From the NCBI GenBank assembly GCA_963737655.1, contig CAVTTN010000002.1:2240001-2304000 (forward strand): DNA of 64,000 nt, written 5' to 3'. Shown here piece by piece: positions 37,425 through 48,873 of the stretch. The notes below the pieces were generated by a model. That model worked only from the letters and a program-made list of their open reading frames with translations. It ran no database searches and had not been told where the DNA came from. The first letter of the stretch is position 1, and each line of letters begins with the position of its first letter. A program made the translations under genes and the position numbers. Source of the stretch: an uncultured Planctomycetota bacterium. GTDB lineage: Bacteria; Planctomycetota; Planctomycetia; Isosphaerales; Isosphaeraceae.

Positions 37425-39982
37425 TCAGAATGCGTCGAGTGAGATGACTTCCCCGCCGTTGAAGGTGATGAGCGCCTTCAGGACCACGGGGTTGACCGAC
37501 TGCTTGATGAACCGCACCGACCCATCGAGGATCAGGGCGTTGAACCCGCCGGGGCTGTGGCCGCCGAGGGCGTCGAGGATCGTCCTGCGGACGTCCTCGG
37601 GCGTCATGTCCGGATTGAACGGCAGGTCGGAATCGGGTTTGGTCCAGGGGACGGCCTCCTTGGCCTCGACCACGGCGATCGTGTTCGAGGTGCCGTCGGT
37701 GATGTCGGCGATGCCCAGGCCCTTCTTGTTGGCGACCTGGAAGACGGCCCCCTTGCCGTCGAAGCCTCGATAGAAGGTCATCCCAGGCTCGGCCGCGGTG
37801 CCGGGGACGGTGTAGACCGTCGGCATCCGTTCGATCAGGGCCTTGTTGTGGGGGCTGTCCCACGGCTCATCCAGGTGGAACTCGTTGAAGAGGCCCTGCT
37901 GTTCCACGAACGGCAGGATCGCGACCCGCCAGCTGAGCAACGGCTTGCCGTCCTTGTCGCGGATCGGCCCGGGGATCGTGTTGGTGGAGCTCACCGTGTT
38001 GTGGATCGCCAGGCCGATGATCTTGAGATTGTTCACCGACTGCGCCCTCTGGGCGGCCGACCGGGACGCGGCCACGGCCGGGAGGCCCAGGGCGGCGACG
38101 ATGGGCAGGGCGGCGACCGGGTTGATGCTGGGGAACGACTCCCTCGTGACGAACGAAAGCCCCTGGTCATCGACGCTCATCGCGTACCACGACGGGAACA
38201 GGAAGGGCCGGAGGTCGTCGGGGGAGGGGACGAGCTCCGGGTCGATCGTCAGCAAGGGGGCGGCGCCGGGCCGTCCGGCTCGGACGTTGGGCATCCCGAC
38301 GACCCGGGGCATCATCGCGGAGGGTCCTCCGGTCGCGCCGGCCGAGATCATGCTGATGATCCCCGGGAGGTTCGCCAGGACTTCGGGGAGGAGCGATTCG
38401 CGGGTGTCGCTGATGGTCAGGAACGTCATCTTCCCGGGGCTCTGGCCAGGGCCTCGCCCATCGGACCGGCGATCGGGCCCGGAGGGGCGTTCTCCAGGGC
38501 GAGCGCCCTCTTCGCCACGTCGGGCGTGGTGCCGAGGATCAGGTACTTCTTGCCCAGGATCAGGGTCGGCCTCATCCCGGCCGGCAAAGGCAGGATTCCC
38601 ATCGGCATCTGGATCGAATACCCCTTCGTCGCTCCCTTCAGGGGGACGAACCCCACGCCCTTGGGGGCTTCTCCGCCATTCGCCCCGGCCAGGGCCTGGC
38701 CGATTGCCGAATTGGCCTTGACGATCAGGCTGTCGAGAGTCTCGCCGAAGGCTTTCGGGTCGCGGACCTCGACCATGAAGGTCGTCTTGGGCACCTGAAC
38801 GACCCCCTGGGCGAAGCCGATCAACGGGTTGGTCGGCAAGTTGCCCCGGGTCGGGACGGTGAAGGAGATGGCCCTCGGGCCGAGCTGCTGGAGGACGTCC
38901 TCGCGCAACCTCTTTCCGGTCCCCTGGCGGAACATCTGCATCGCCTGATCGAAGCCTTCGCGGGCCTTCGGCTCGGCGGCCGTGGCCAGGGCCAGCGCCT
39001 TGGCGAGGAAGGCGTCGGCGTCGAACGAGAACGCGGTGAACCCCTGGACGCCCGCCGGCATCGGCGGCAGATCTTTGGTCGAGAACGTGGGGCCGTCAAA
39101 CATCGCCATGATTCCTACCCTGGGCGACGGCGCCACCAATCGGGTGACGGTCACGAGGGCCTCGCCCTGGAAGCCCCAGCGGTAGTCCAGCCTCTTGATC
39201 TTGTCCAGGCCGAGCGAAGCGGCCTGGGGAGGCAGTTGCGGCAGGGCGGCCATGTCGAAATAGCCAAGCCCGATCGGCTCGAAGCCGTCGACCCTCCCGG
39301 CCAGCTCGCGACGCCCTGGGTTCTCCAGGGCGTTGGGCCGCCGGCCGTCCAGGGCGTCGATCATGGCGTCGGCCCCTTTGGGCATGACGATGCTGAAGGC
39401 CAGGTCATCCCCCTCGGACCACCACGAGAACCCCGAGCCGCTCGGGTCGGACACCACGATCACCTTGCGGTCGCCCGGCTTGGTCGCCGATTCGGCCTTC
39501 ATCGGCGCGAAGTTGGCCGCGTCGATCAACCGGGCGATCGGCGCGCGGGCCTCCCCCTTCGCGGCGCCTCGGAGGACCAGACCCACGAGGTAAGGCTTCG
39601 CCTCGCCGGCCTTGCGGTTGATCCCGAAGGCGAAGCCGGACCTCATCAGGTGGTCCACCACGGCCGTGATCTCGGCGGTCGTCGGTTTCTTCTCGTCCGG
39701 AGGGACCGAGTCGAGGAGCTTTTCCAGAAGTTCTGTGAGGGTCGCTTCCAGCAAGGCCCCGGTGGATGTCTCGTTCAGCAGGCGATAGGTCGAGCTCTTC
39801 TTCCACGCCTCGGAATGCGCGTCGAGGCCGTCGAACTCGCCGTAGGCCACCAGGTCTTCGGCGGGGAAATAGCGGGCCAGCGGGGCGGACTTCCCCGCCT
39901 TCGGCTCCTGGCCCCGGCTCGGGGCGGCGACGATCAACCCGCCCAGGGCCGCGACCGCGACCAGGCGATGCAGCTTCCTCAT
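37425..39982 (-). CDS. Exported protein with a large N-terminal domain and a C-terminal DUF1559 domain; frameshift near 38433
   Basis: Signal peptide; one added base fuses ...ALARAPG to KMTFLTISDTRES; AQRAQSVNNLKIIGLAIHN, LSWRVAILPF, DITDGTSNTI and the H-X9-DG motif HSPGGFNALILDGSVRF. Confidence 0.85.
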
Positions 39983-40064
39983 GGAGCGCTCCTTATCCGA
40001 GGGGTGCAGCAGGCAGAAGGGGCCGCGTATCCTAACCCGACCGGAATTCGTCCGCAAACACGAA

Positions 40065-42827
40065 TTATTTCGGACCCGAAGGACGCGTTGGCGTCCGAAG
40101 CTCGACCACCCGGCGCTCGGGCTTCGGATGGGTCGCCGAGATCGCCGCGCCCACCCGGACCCGGACGTCCCAAAGGGCTTCGGGCGAGAGGCGATCGTAC
40201 GCCATCCGCCCGGCGTCCTCGCCTCCGAGGAACCCCTCCGTCCCCTTCCGCTCGCCGGCCAGGCCCAGGGCCAGGCGAACCGTCTCGGCGATCGCCTCCC
40301 TCGGCAGTCCGGAGACCCTGGCCCAGAGCGTCAGGTATTCCACGTCCTGTTGCCCCCTCCGGTAGCTCTTCAGGCGGACGCTCGGCACGGGCGGCCCCCC
40401 GCTCTTCGATGGGTAGAACAGCGAAAGCTCGTCGGCCTGGTCCCAGGACTCGGCCGAGCCGATGGTCTGCCACGGCAGCACGCCATCGGCCCCGAGCGTC
40501 CAGATGTCCAGACACCAGGCCGCCGGCTGGACGTTCGATTCCTCGATCGGGTTCGAGCTCCCGTATTCCACGACCACCTGACCCGTTCGGCGTTTGCGCT
40601 CCAGGACCATCCGTCGATACGAGTGGAACGCTCCACCGACGACGTTGTAATCGAGGAGGCCGTCGAGCGAATCCCGTTGCCACTGGGGACGCGAGATGTC
40701 GCACCGAAACACCACCTTCGCCGGGCCGCCGCCCGCGGCGTTCACCCCGTCGTGAAAGGCTTGCCCAAAGTACCGCAATGCCCAGAAGTCCTGGAAACTC
40801 GCCGGCTCGTCGAGGAGCCAGGGGCTCGTCGATCGCGACCAGCCGTTCGCCTTGAAGTCGTTCTTGCCATTGAAGTAACACTGAAAGAACGTCCCGCCCC
40901 AGTCCTTGTCGTGGAAGTGCTTCGCCATCTGCCGGGCTACGTCCGTGAACTCCTCGCGATACCCCGGCTTGAACGCCTGGTCGGCCCAGTAACTCCCGTT
41001 GTAATGGGACTCGATCGCCGCCGGCCAGTTTTCGAACAGGGGCAGGTAGAAGCATTCGATCGGGACACCCTTCCTCGGCAGGTCGGCGAACGCGGAGCCG
41101 TCGAAGAGAGGGCCGAACCGGCGGTCCCACTCGGTCCAGTCCAGCGTCTTTCCGACCTTTCTCGGCGCAAATCCCTCGTGGACCTTGCCGTTGTGCGAAT
41201 AGCCGAGGCGATTGAGCACCGTCCGATGCTCATGGGCCAACCGATAATAATCGCGCTCATTCTCGGGCAGGCCATACGCGTTCATCTCGGGCAGGAAGCT
41301 GAGTGAATCGGGGAGCGTGAAGTCCCAGACCGTCAGCGAGACCGGCAATTCCAGACTCGCCCCGTCCCTTGACCGGAGCTTGAGGGTTCCTCGATGGAGG
41401 CCCGGCTTCAGTTCATGCGGAACATAGACTTCCGCATGCAAACTCGCCGATTTTCGACCTTTTTCGGGGACGTCCGCCGGCCAGTCGGTCGGCACGACCG
41501 GATCGGGCATCGGCCCTTTCTTCGATCCGACGTTCGCGAACGACGAAATTCGACCGCGAATGTTCGGGTCATCGAACTCCAGCGCCGGATTCAGCCCGGC
41601 CACCGGCCCCTTGACGACCACCTGGAACGCCGAGAACTCGTTGCGGGCGGCGAACAGGCGGATTTCCTTGGAAGTTGCGTCCCATACGTGATTTGAGGCG
41701 AGATACGAGGCGGGACGGGCCGGGATCGTTGCCCCGGAGTCGGGCGAGAGCTTGTCCAGTTCGTCCATCACGGCCATCTCGGCCGATCCAAGCCGGGGCA
41801 GCGGGGCGGAGGTCTTCGGAACCGCCGGAGGACGTCCGGGCAGCGGCGGCGGGACGATTTTGGACAGTTTCGCCACGATTCGAACGGCTTCGCCGGCGTT
41901 TCCGGCTCCGTCGACAGCTCGGATCGTCACTTCGGCCGTCCCCGAGCCCGGGATGCCGGCGATCGTCAGGCCGATCCGCTCCCCGACTCTTGAGGCCGGA
42001 GCGACTTCCGACGCCGCGATCGGCCGGCCATCGACTTCGACCCGGAAGCCGATCGTCCCCGAGCCGCCCCGATCCGGAGGTGTTTCCCAGGAAACCTCCG
42101 CGGTCCCGCTCAGCATCCCCTCGGCCGAGGATTGAACGGCCTTCGGAGCCTCCGGGGATTGCCGGTCCTCGTCGCCGAGTTCGACGGTCAGGAATGGGGC
42201 GGATGCGCGATTTTGTTCGCGACTGTAAAGAAATCGGTTGGGAAAGAGGCGGCGGTCCCATTTTTCGCCGGAACGGGCCCACTCGGTCCCGGTGTCATCG
42301 AAGAGCAGAAAGCCCTGGCTGATCCCGGCGATCCGGGCGGCGACGACTCTAGGATCGACGGAGATCGTTTGAAAGCCCTGGGCATCGGGGGACGAGGCGT
42401 CGGCCATCCCCCAGAGGTGGCCGCCTTCGCCAAACATGACCGAGCAGAGGTCGGCAGAGCCGGCCTTCCAGGGTTCATCGGGATGCTTCCGGCGGCGAAA
42501 CGTGGAGCTTCCGTTCTGCTTCTCATAGTTGGTCCCGGTTCCCTCGAACCAATCCGACGTAAACCCACCCGTCGTCACGCGTAGCAACCTCGGCTCGCCC
42601 GTCGAGCGGACGTGGAGGGTGGCGGCCTTCACGATCCGCCCTCGGAGCGGTGCGACGTCGAAATCGACGAGTGACATCTCCTGGTGGGACTTGAGTTTGA
42701 GGCGAGGCGCCCCGCCGTTGTTGCCGTCTTCCTCGGCGCCGACGCTGGAGAACCAGGTATCGCGGGTCACGTCGAGCCGGACCGGTGTCCCGGACAGGCA
42801 AGCCAGGATCATGGGCAAGACGAGCAT
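40065..42827 (-). CDS. Large multidomain protein with a C-terminal DUF4091/GH123-like region
   Basis: RLFAARNEFSAFQVV, LTVWDFTLP, WLLDEP, PSVRLKSYRRGQQDVEYL; an FN3-like segment (VSWETP...IRAVDGAGN); hydrophobic N-terminus. Confidence 0.7.
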   Translation of the reverse strand: MLVLPMILACLSGTPVRLDVTRDTWFSSVGAEEDGNNGGAPRLKLKSHQEMSLVDFDVAPLRGRIVKAATLHVRSTGEPRLLRVTTGGFTSDWFEGTGTNYEKQNGSSTFRRRKHPDEPWKAGSADLCSVMFGEGGHLWGMADASSPDAQGFQTISVDPRVVAARIAGISQGFLLFDDTGTEWARSGEKWDRRLFPNRFLYSREQNRASAPFLTVELGDEDRQSPEAPKAVQSSAEGMLSGTAEVSWETPPDRGGSGTIGFRVEVDGRPIAASEVAPASRVGERIGLTIAGIPGSGTAEVTIRAVDGAGNAGEAVRIVAKLSKIVPPPLPGRPPAVPKTSAPLPRLGSAEMAVMDELDKLSPDSGATIPARPASYLASNHVWDATSKEIRLFAARNEFSAFQVVVKGPVAGLNPALEFDDPNIRGRISSFANVGSKKGPMPDPVVPTDWPADVPEKGRKSASLHAEVYVPHELKPGLHRGTLKLRSRDGASLELPVSLTVWDFTLPDSLSFLPEMNAYGLPENERDYYRLAHEHRTVLNRLGYSHNGKVHEGFAPRKVGKTLDWTEWDRRFGPLFDGSAFADLPRKGVPIECFYLPLFENWPAAIESHYNGSYWADQAFKPGYREEFTDVARQMAKHFHDKDWGGTFFQCYFNGKNDFKANGWSRSTSPWLLDEPASFQDFWALRYFGQAFHDGVNAAGGGPAKVVFRCDISRPQWQRDSLDGLLDYNVVGGAFHSYRRMVLERKRRTGQVVVEYGSSNPIEESNVQPAAWCLDIWTLGADGVLPWQTIGSAESWDQADELSLFYPSKSGGPPVPSVRLKSYRRGQQDVEYLTLWARVSGLPREAIAETVRLALGLAGERKGTEGFLGGEDAGRMAYDRLSPEALWDVRVRVGAAISATHPKPERRVVELRTPTRPSGPK

Positions 42828-43255
42828 CGGAGTGACTCCGGAACGACGGGGCCTCGGGAGAGACCGCCCAGGGTAGCCGTTCGGGAACCCCTCGGCCACG
42901 GCCTACCGCCGATCTCTACCCCCGGGGCGGGCATCCCCCGATTGGGAGTCTGAGAATCGGTCGCCTGCCCGGTTTCCAAGCATCATTCACGATGAATGCC
43001 CGATCCGAGGCAAGATGTGGCCGATTGCGGTCGGGCCTCGAGTCGCGTAAGATGAATCGACATCGTCTCTTGGGCTGATTTGCTCCCGAGGAACCTCCGC
43101 GGTGCGGAGGTTGCGTTGAGGAATTCGATGGAGAGCCGGGGTTGAGGGGCTCTCTCCTCATCGGGAACGTCGGCGTTCGATCTGTCCGGCGGGGACCGCC
43201 CTGGGGTACTCCGCTGTCCTCTCCGCTTTTTCCTGGCCTCGGAACCGGCAGCGTC

Positions 43256-44761
43256 ATGACCACGACCGCACCGGCCTCCCTGCCCTCGCTGTTTCGCCCC
43301 TACCGCGTCTCCGGGTTCGACGAGATGTTCGCCGAGCCCGGCCTGCCCCGGGCGCATTACGCGAAGCTCTTCGAGAGGCTCGGCTCGCTCGACCCCGAGG
43401 AGATCGAGCACAGGCGAAAGGTCGCAGACCTTTCGATGAGGCACCAGGGGATCACCTTCACCGTTTACGGACGCGATCAAGGGGTCGAGCGGATCATCCC
43501 CTTCGACCCGATCCCCCGGCTGGTCTCGGCCGACGAATGGGACCGCATCGAACGCGGGCTGAAGCAGCGTGTTCGCGCCTTAAACCTTTTCTTGCGCGAT
43601 ATTTACCACGATCGGCTGATCCTCAAGGACCGCGTGGTTCCGCCCGAGCTGGTCGTCGGCGCCTCGGGGTATCGCCGCGAGGTCCTGGGCCTCCAGGTTC
43701 CCAAGGATATTTACATTCACGTCTCGGGGATCGACCTGATCCGCGACGCCGACGGCTCCTACCTGGTCCTCGAAGACAATTGCCGGACCCCCTCGGGCGT
43801 GAGCTACGTCCTGAAGAACCGGCAGGTCATGAAGCAGGTCTTCCCATTCCTGTTTCAGCCTTACGACGTCAGGCCCATTGACGACTATACTTCGGATCTG
43901 CTCGCGGTCCTCCGAAACATCGCCCCGCCGGAGTGTGATGACCCGACCGTGGCCGTCCTCACCCCGGGGCTGTACAATTCGGCCTATTATGAGCATTCAT
44001 TCCTGGCGAGAAAGATGGGCGTGGAGCTGGTCGAGGGGCGAGACCTCGTCCTCGATCGCGGTCAGATCTTCATGAGGACCACTCGGGGCCTCCAGAGGGT
44101 GGACGTCCTCTATCGCCGGGTCGATGACGACTTCCTCGATCCCCTCGCGTTCCGCCGCGAGAGCGCCCTGGGCGTGGCCGGGCTGATGGGGGCGTATCGG
44201 GCCGGCAACCTGGGCCTGGCCAACGGCGTGGGCACGGGCGTGGCCGATGACAAGGGGATCTATCCGTTCGTCCCGGCGATCATCAAATATTACCTGAATG
44301 AAGACCCGATCCTGGCGAACGTGGAAACCTTCCGTCCCCTGATCCCGTCGCACAAGCAGCACATTTTGGAGAATCTGGAAAAGCTGGTGGTGAAGTCGGT
44401 GGACGGATCGGGCGGGTACGGAATGCTGATCGGACCGGCCTCGACCGCCGAGCAGCGGGACGAGTTCCGCCGAAAGATCGAGGACAGTCCCAGGAACTAC
44501 ATCGCCCAGCCCACGATCCGCCTGAGCCAGCACCCGACGTTCATCGACGACGGGATCGAGGGCCGGCACGTCGATCTCCGGCCGTTCATCCTTTATGGGG
44601 ACGAGATCAAGGTCCTTCCCGGAGGGTTGACCCGGGTGGCCTTGCCTCGCGGCTCGCTGGTGGTGAACAGCTCGCAGGGGGGCGGGACGAAGGATACCTG
44701 GGTCCTCCGAGGGGCGCCGGTGCCCCCGTCGCCCTCGGCCGTCCCGCGAGGGGGGGCCTGA
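43256..44761 (+). CDS. Circularly permuted type-2 ATP-grasp protein (DUF404/DUF407)
   Basis: [64 protein letters not shown]. Confidence 0.95.
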   Translation: MTTTAPASLPSLFRPYRVSGFDEMFAEPGLPRAHYAKLFERLGSLDPEEIEHRRKVADLSMRHQGITFTVYGRDQGVERIIPFDPIPRLVSADEWDRIERGLKQRVRALNLFLRDIYHDRLILKDRVVPPELVVGASGYRREVLGLQVPKDIYIHVSGIDLIRDADGSYLVLEDNCRTPSGVSYVLKNRQVMKQVFPFLFQPYDVRPIDDYTSDLLAVLRNIAPPECDDPTVAVLTPGLYNSAYYEHSFLARKMGVELVEGRDLVLDRGQIFMRTTRGLQRVDVLYRRVDDDFLDPLAFRRESALGVAGLMGAYRAGNLGLANGVGTGVADDKGIYPFVPAIIKYYLNEDPILANVETFRPLIPSHKQHILENLEKLVVKSVDGSGGYGMLIGPASTAEQRDEFRRKIEDSPRNYIAQPTIRLSQHPTFIDDGIEGRHVDLRPFILYGDEIKVLPGGLTRVALPRGSLVVNSSQGGGTKDTWVLRGAPVPPSPSAVPRGGA

Positions 44762-44762
44762 G

Positions 44763-45722
44763 ATGCTCAGCCGGGTTGCCGAAAATCTCTACTGGACTGG
44801 GCGATACGTCGAAAGGGCGGAGACCGTCGCGAGGCTCCTGGACTCGGCATTCTTCCTCGAACTCGACGCCGCGGGCCTCGCCCTGGACGACGACGGGTCG
44901 GGGCCGGTCGAGGGCGTGCTGTCGATCCTCGGCTGCCGGACCGCGTTCGAGGCGACCGCGTCGGCCGGCGACCGGGACGCGGTCCTCCGGTTCCTCACGT
45001 TCGATCGCAAGAACTCGCAATCGATCCTGAGCATGGTCGCCCGAGCCCGGGAAAACGCCCGAGGAACCCAGGAGGCCATCCCGGCGGAGGTCTGGAGCGA
45101 GCTGAACCGGATGTTCCTCTTCCTCTCGGGCGCCAAGGCCCAACGGCGATTCGCCGAGAGCCCGTTCGAGTTCTACGGGGGGATCAAGCGCTCGTGCGTC
45201 CTCTGGGCGGGCCTGGTTGACGGAACTCTGGCCCGGGACGAAATTTACCAATTTCTTCACGCCGGCCGATACCTCGAGCGGGCCGATCAGGTGGGGCGGA
45301 TCTTGCGGGCCAAGAGTCATACGTTGATCGAGCACGAGACGGCCACGACCGGGCCGATGAGGCCGATCCAGTGGTCGAGCCTCCTGAGGAGCTGCTCGGC
45401 GTATGACTCGTACCTGCGGACGTTCCGCGAGCGGGTCGATCCCAAGGGGGTGGTCCGCTACCTCGTCCTCGACGCCGATTTCCCCCGGGCCTTGAGGTTC
45501 TGCGTGGCGAGGTGCCGCGAGGCCCTCCACGAGGTCTCCGGCGGGGACGAGGACGGGTACGGGTCCGAGGCCGAGCGGTTGTTGGGCCGCCTGGAAGGCG
45601 AGCTTCGCTATATCGACGTGGCCGAGATCTTCGATCGCGGCCTCCCCCGCTTCCTGGCGAGCGTCCAGGAGACGTGCTCTCGGGTGGGGCAGGAGTTCCA
45701 TCGGGCGTATTTCGTGGGTTGA
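44763..45722 (+). CDS. Alpha-E domain protein (DUF403)
   Basis: MLSRVAENLYWTGRYVERAE, ARENAR, GRYLERAD, FPRALRFC. Confidence 0.95.
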   Translation: MLSRVAENLYWTGRYVERAETVARLLDSAFFLELDAAGLALDDDGSGPVEGVLSILGCRTAFEATASAGDRDAVLRFLTFDRKNSQSILSMVARARENARGTQEAIPAEVWSELNRMFLFLSGAKAQRRFAESPFEFYGGIKRSCVLWAGLVDGTLARDEIYQFLHAGRYLERADQVGRILRAKSHTLIEHETATTGPMRPIQWSSLLRSCSAYDSYLRTFRERVDPKGVVRYLVLDADFPRALRFCVARCREALHEVSGGDEDGYGSEAERLLGRLEGELRYIDVAEIFDRGLPRFLASVQETCSRVGQEFHRAYFVG

Positions 45723-45807
45723 GCCGGGTTCGCGATCGGGAAGCGTGGTCGGCGGGTTGCACCCGCCCTGCTCATCGGTGGCCTTCCCACCCTTATGGGG
45801 CCTTTCG

Positions 45808-46800
45808 ATGCTTCTTCGCGTCCATCATGAGACGAAGCTGACGTACTCCGAGCCGGTCAGCGAGACGGTCCTGGAGATCCGGATGGCCCCGCCGTCGGAC
45901 GAGGACCAGACGAACCTCGGCTATCGCCTGAGGATCACGCCGAATGCGCCCGTCACGTCGTATCGCGACGGGGTGGGGAATCGCGTCGATCTGTTCAACA
46001 TCCTGACCCCGTACCAGGAGTTGACGGTCCGGGCGACCTCGATCGTCCGGACCCATCGGCGGGATGCCTCGGCCCGGCTGGCGAATTCTCCGTTCCCGGA
46101 CGTGGATTCGGCGGTGCCGCTGGATGCCCTGGAATTCCTGACGCCCAGCCGTCTGGTCAACCATTCGCCCCTCCTGGAGCAGTTCGTCTCCTCGGTCCCT
46201 CGGCCCTCGGGCGGGTTCCGGGAGGGCGTCGATTCCCTGATCGAGGCGGTCCGCGGCCGTTTGAAATACGAGAAGAAGGTCACGACGGCGAGGACCCCCG
46301 TGGGCGAGGCGCTGGCGCTGGAGCGGGGGGTCTGCCAGGACTTCGCCCACCTGTTCCTCGGCTTGGCCCGGGGGATGGGCCTGCCGGCCCGCTATGTCAG
46401 CGGGTATGTCCACGGCCTTGGCGAGCTGGCCACCCATGCGTGGTGCCAGGTCTGGGCCGGTCCGACCGGCTGGGTGGATCTGGACCCGACCCGTGGTAGC
46501 TGGGTCGGTGATGGCCACGTCGTCATCGCCGTGGGCCGCGACTTCCTGGACGTCCCGCCGAACCGGGGGGTCTGGAAAGGACGTGCTGAAGAGACGATCT
46601 CGGTGGCCGTCCAGGTGGATGCCCTCGACCGGATGCCGCCGGACTGGGGGGAATGGCCGATCCAGGGGCCCTGGTCTCCCTATGGCGCCACACTTTCTCA
46701 ATCGCAGTCGCAGTCGCAGAGGAGACGGGGCGGAGGGATCCTGGCGAGCGGATATCGTCAGCAGCAGAGCCAGCAGCAGCAGACGCCCCGCCGGTCCTGA
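45808..46800 (+). CDS. Bacterial transglutaminase-like protein with a Gln-rich C-terminal tail
   Basis: N-terminal HETKLTYSEPV; catalytic triad GVCQDFAH / ATHAW / LDPT; ARYVSGY; GRDFLDVPP. Confidence 0.93.
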   Translation: MLLRVHHETKLTYSEPVSETVLEIRMAPPSDEDQTNLGYRLRITPNAPVTSYRDGVGNRVDLFNILTPYQELTVRATSIVRTHRRDASARLANSPFPDVDSAVPLDALEFLTPSRLVNHSPLLEQFVSSVPRPSGGFREGVDSLIEAVRGRLKYEKKVTTARTPVGEALALERGVCQDFAHLFLGLARGMGLPARYVSGYVHGLGELATHAWCQVWAGPTGWVDLDPTRGSWVGDGHVVIAVGRDFLDVPPNRGVWKGRAEETISVAVQVDALDRMPPDWGEWPIQGPWSPYGATLSQSQSQSQRRRGGGILASGYRQQQSQQQQTPRRS

Positions 46801-47048
46801 ACCGCACGATCCGGGCGGGAACGAGCATCGCGGCGAGCCTCCGCCTCCAACGAACTTTTTACCCATTGCCCGCAAATCCCCCGGAATGCCCCCCGGGACG
46901 CTGAATCCTTGGGCACATCCGTCCCGGTTTCGTGCATCCCCTCATGGACGGGTTCCCGACTTACGGCGATCTGGGATTCTTTAAATCGTGACTATGGTGG
47001 GATTTGCGGCACTTCATGGAGTTTTCTTCTGGTATCTGGCTCATTCGT

Positions 47049-47057
47049 TGCTATGAT
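47049..47057 (+). promoter_or_regulatory. Possible extended -10 element upstream of the VOC gene
   Basis: TG-C-TATGAT within a locally AT-rich stretch (46975-47080). Confidence 0.35.
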
Positions 47058-47222
47058 GTCTCTCGTTGAAACGAAGGAGTTTGACGGCCAAGGAACCTGG
47101 GCCCCGCCGGTCAACCTGCCCCACTCCCCTGGACCGACCCGCCGCACGTCCGTCGCGACGACGGAACGCCCTCCCCACGCGGCTTTTCCCCCCTTTTTTT
47201 CACATTTTCGAGGACCGAATTG

Positions 47223-47642
47223 ATGACTGCGCTCGCGTCTTACCCGCGTCTGAAGACCCAGTTCCGCCGAATGGCGTCCGTCCTGTTGGTCGATCGCATC
47301 GAGCCCTGCTTGGATTTCTGGGTCGACCGCCTCGGTTTCGAGATGCGGCTCCAGGTCCAGGGCGAGGACGGGCTGGAGTTCGTCGCCCTCGGCCGAGGGG
47401 ACGCCGAAGTGATGTACCGGACGCTGGACAGCCTCCACCTCGACACCCCGGGCCTCGTCGATGGTGATCAGCACGCCCCCTGGGTCGTGATCTGCCTCGA
47501 AGTGGACGACCTGGACGAGATCCTGCCCCGGCTCGACGGGGTGGAAGTCGTCGTCCCGGTCCGTGAGACGTTCCTCGGCACCCGCGAGGTCTTCCTCCGC
47601 GAGCCCTCGGGCCGAATCCTCGCCCTGTCCTCCCGCGCCTGA
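47223..47642 (+). CDS. VOC/glyoxalase-family protein
   Basis: LDFWVDRLGFE, ICLEVDDLD, ETFLGTREVFLREPSG; GAGGA RBS. Confidence 0.85.
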   Translation: MTALASYPRLKTQFRRMASVLLVDRIEPCLDFWVDRLGFEMRLQVQGEDGLEFVALGRGDAEVMYRTLDSLHLDTPGLVDGDQHAPWVVICLEVDDLDEILPRLDGVEVVVPVRETFLGTREVFLREPSGRILALSSRA

Positions 47643-47803
47643 GCCTCCGGGCCCGAGATCCATCGTTCGAGACGGGGATGGGAAGCGCATCGGCGTTTCC
47701 CATCCCCGTCCCCTTTCCTGGGCCGATCGCTGGCCCGTCCGGTTCAGTTCGGTTAGAACGGTGCGTCCTGGGACCTTTCGCGGCGAGTCGGAGGCGACGG
47801 GCC

Positions 47804-48873
47804 ATGATCGCGATGAGGACGAGCCTTCTCCTGGTGATCCTGGCCGCGACGGCGAACGCTCAGGATGGGCCGCCGAGGCCGACCTCGGGCGACTTCACGA
47901 TCCGCGATTTTCGGTTCGCCTCGGGCGAGGTCCTGCCCGAGCTTCGGCTCCATTACCGGACGTTCGGGACGGCCGAGAGGGGTGCGGACGGCCACGTCAA
48001 GAACGCCGTCCTGATCCTCCACGGGACCACGGGCCACGGCGGGAATTTCGTCCGGCCCGAGTTCTCGGGCGAGCTGTTCGGCCCGGGGGCGCCCTGGACG
48101 CGACGAAGTTCTTCCTGATCCTGCCCGATGGGATCGGCCACGGCGATTCGAGCAAGCCGAGCGACGGCCTCCACGCGAAGTTCCCGCACTACGGCTATCG
48201 CGACATGGTGACGGCCCAGCATCGGCTGGTCACGGAAGGGTTGAAGGTCGATCATCTGCGCCTGGTCATGGGAACATCCATGGGGGGGATGCATACGTGG
48301 CTCTGGGGCGGGACCTACCCGGACTTCATGGACGCCCTGATGCCCCTGGCCTCCCTGCCGACGCAGATCTCCGGGAGGAACCGGGCCTGGAGGCGGATCA
48401 TCATCGACGCGATTCGCAACGACCCGGGCTGGGAAGGCGGCGAGTACAAGAGCCAGCCCCAGGCGTCGCGGACGGCGGCCGAGATGCTCTTCCTCATGTC
48501 GAATAACCCGGTCGAGCGGCAGAAGGAGGCCCCGACCCGCGAGGCGGCCGACCGCGTTCTCGACGCCTTCGTGGCGCGGTCGATGCGGACGATCGACGCC
48601 AACGACACCCTCTATGCCGTGGACGCCTCGACGGACTACGACCCCGGCCCGGCCCTGGAGCGGATCGCGGCCCCCCTGGTGGCGATCAACTTCGAGGATG
48701 ACCTGATCAACCCGCCCGAGCTCGGCGTCCTCGAGCGGGAAATCCGCCGCGTGCCCGGAGGCAAGGCGATGATCGTCCCCCGGAGCGACCGGACCCGCGG
48801 GCACGGGACCCACACCCTGGCGGCGGTCTGGAAAGCCGAGCTCGTCGACCTCCTGAATCGGTCGGCTCGCTGA
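47804..48873 (+). CDS. Exported alpha/beta hydrolase (MetX-like family); frameshift near 48093
   Basis: Signal peptide, LHYRTFG, LILHGTTG, then LDATKFFLILPDGIGHG, nucleophile GTSMGG, DDLINPP, GHGTH. Confidence 0.88.

Noticed and set aside
46801..47222. Riboswitch or small peptide substrate gene after the transglutaminase
   Set aside because: Only a weak hairpin (~47080-47115); no recognisable aptamer and no ORF with coding-like bias.
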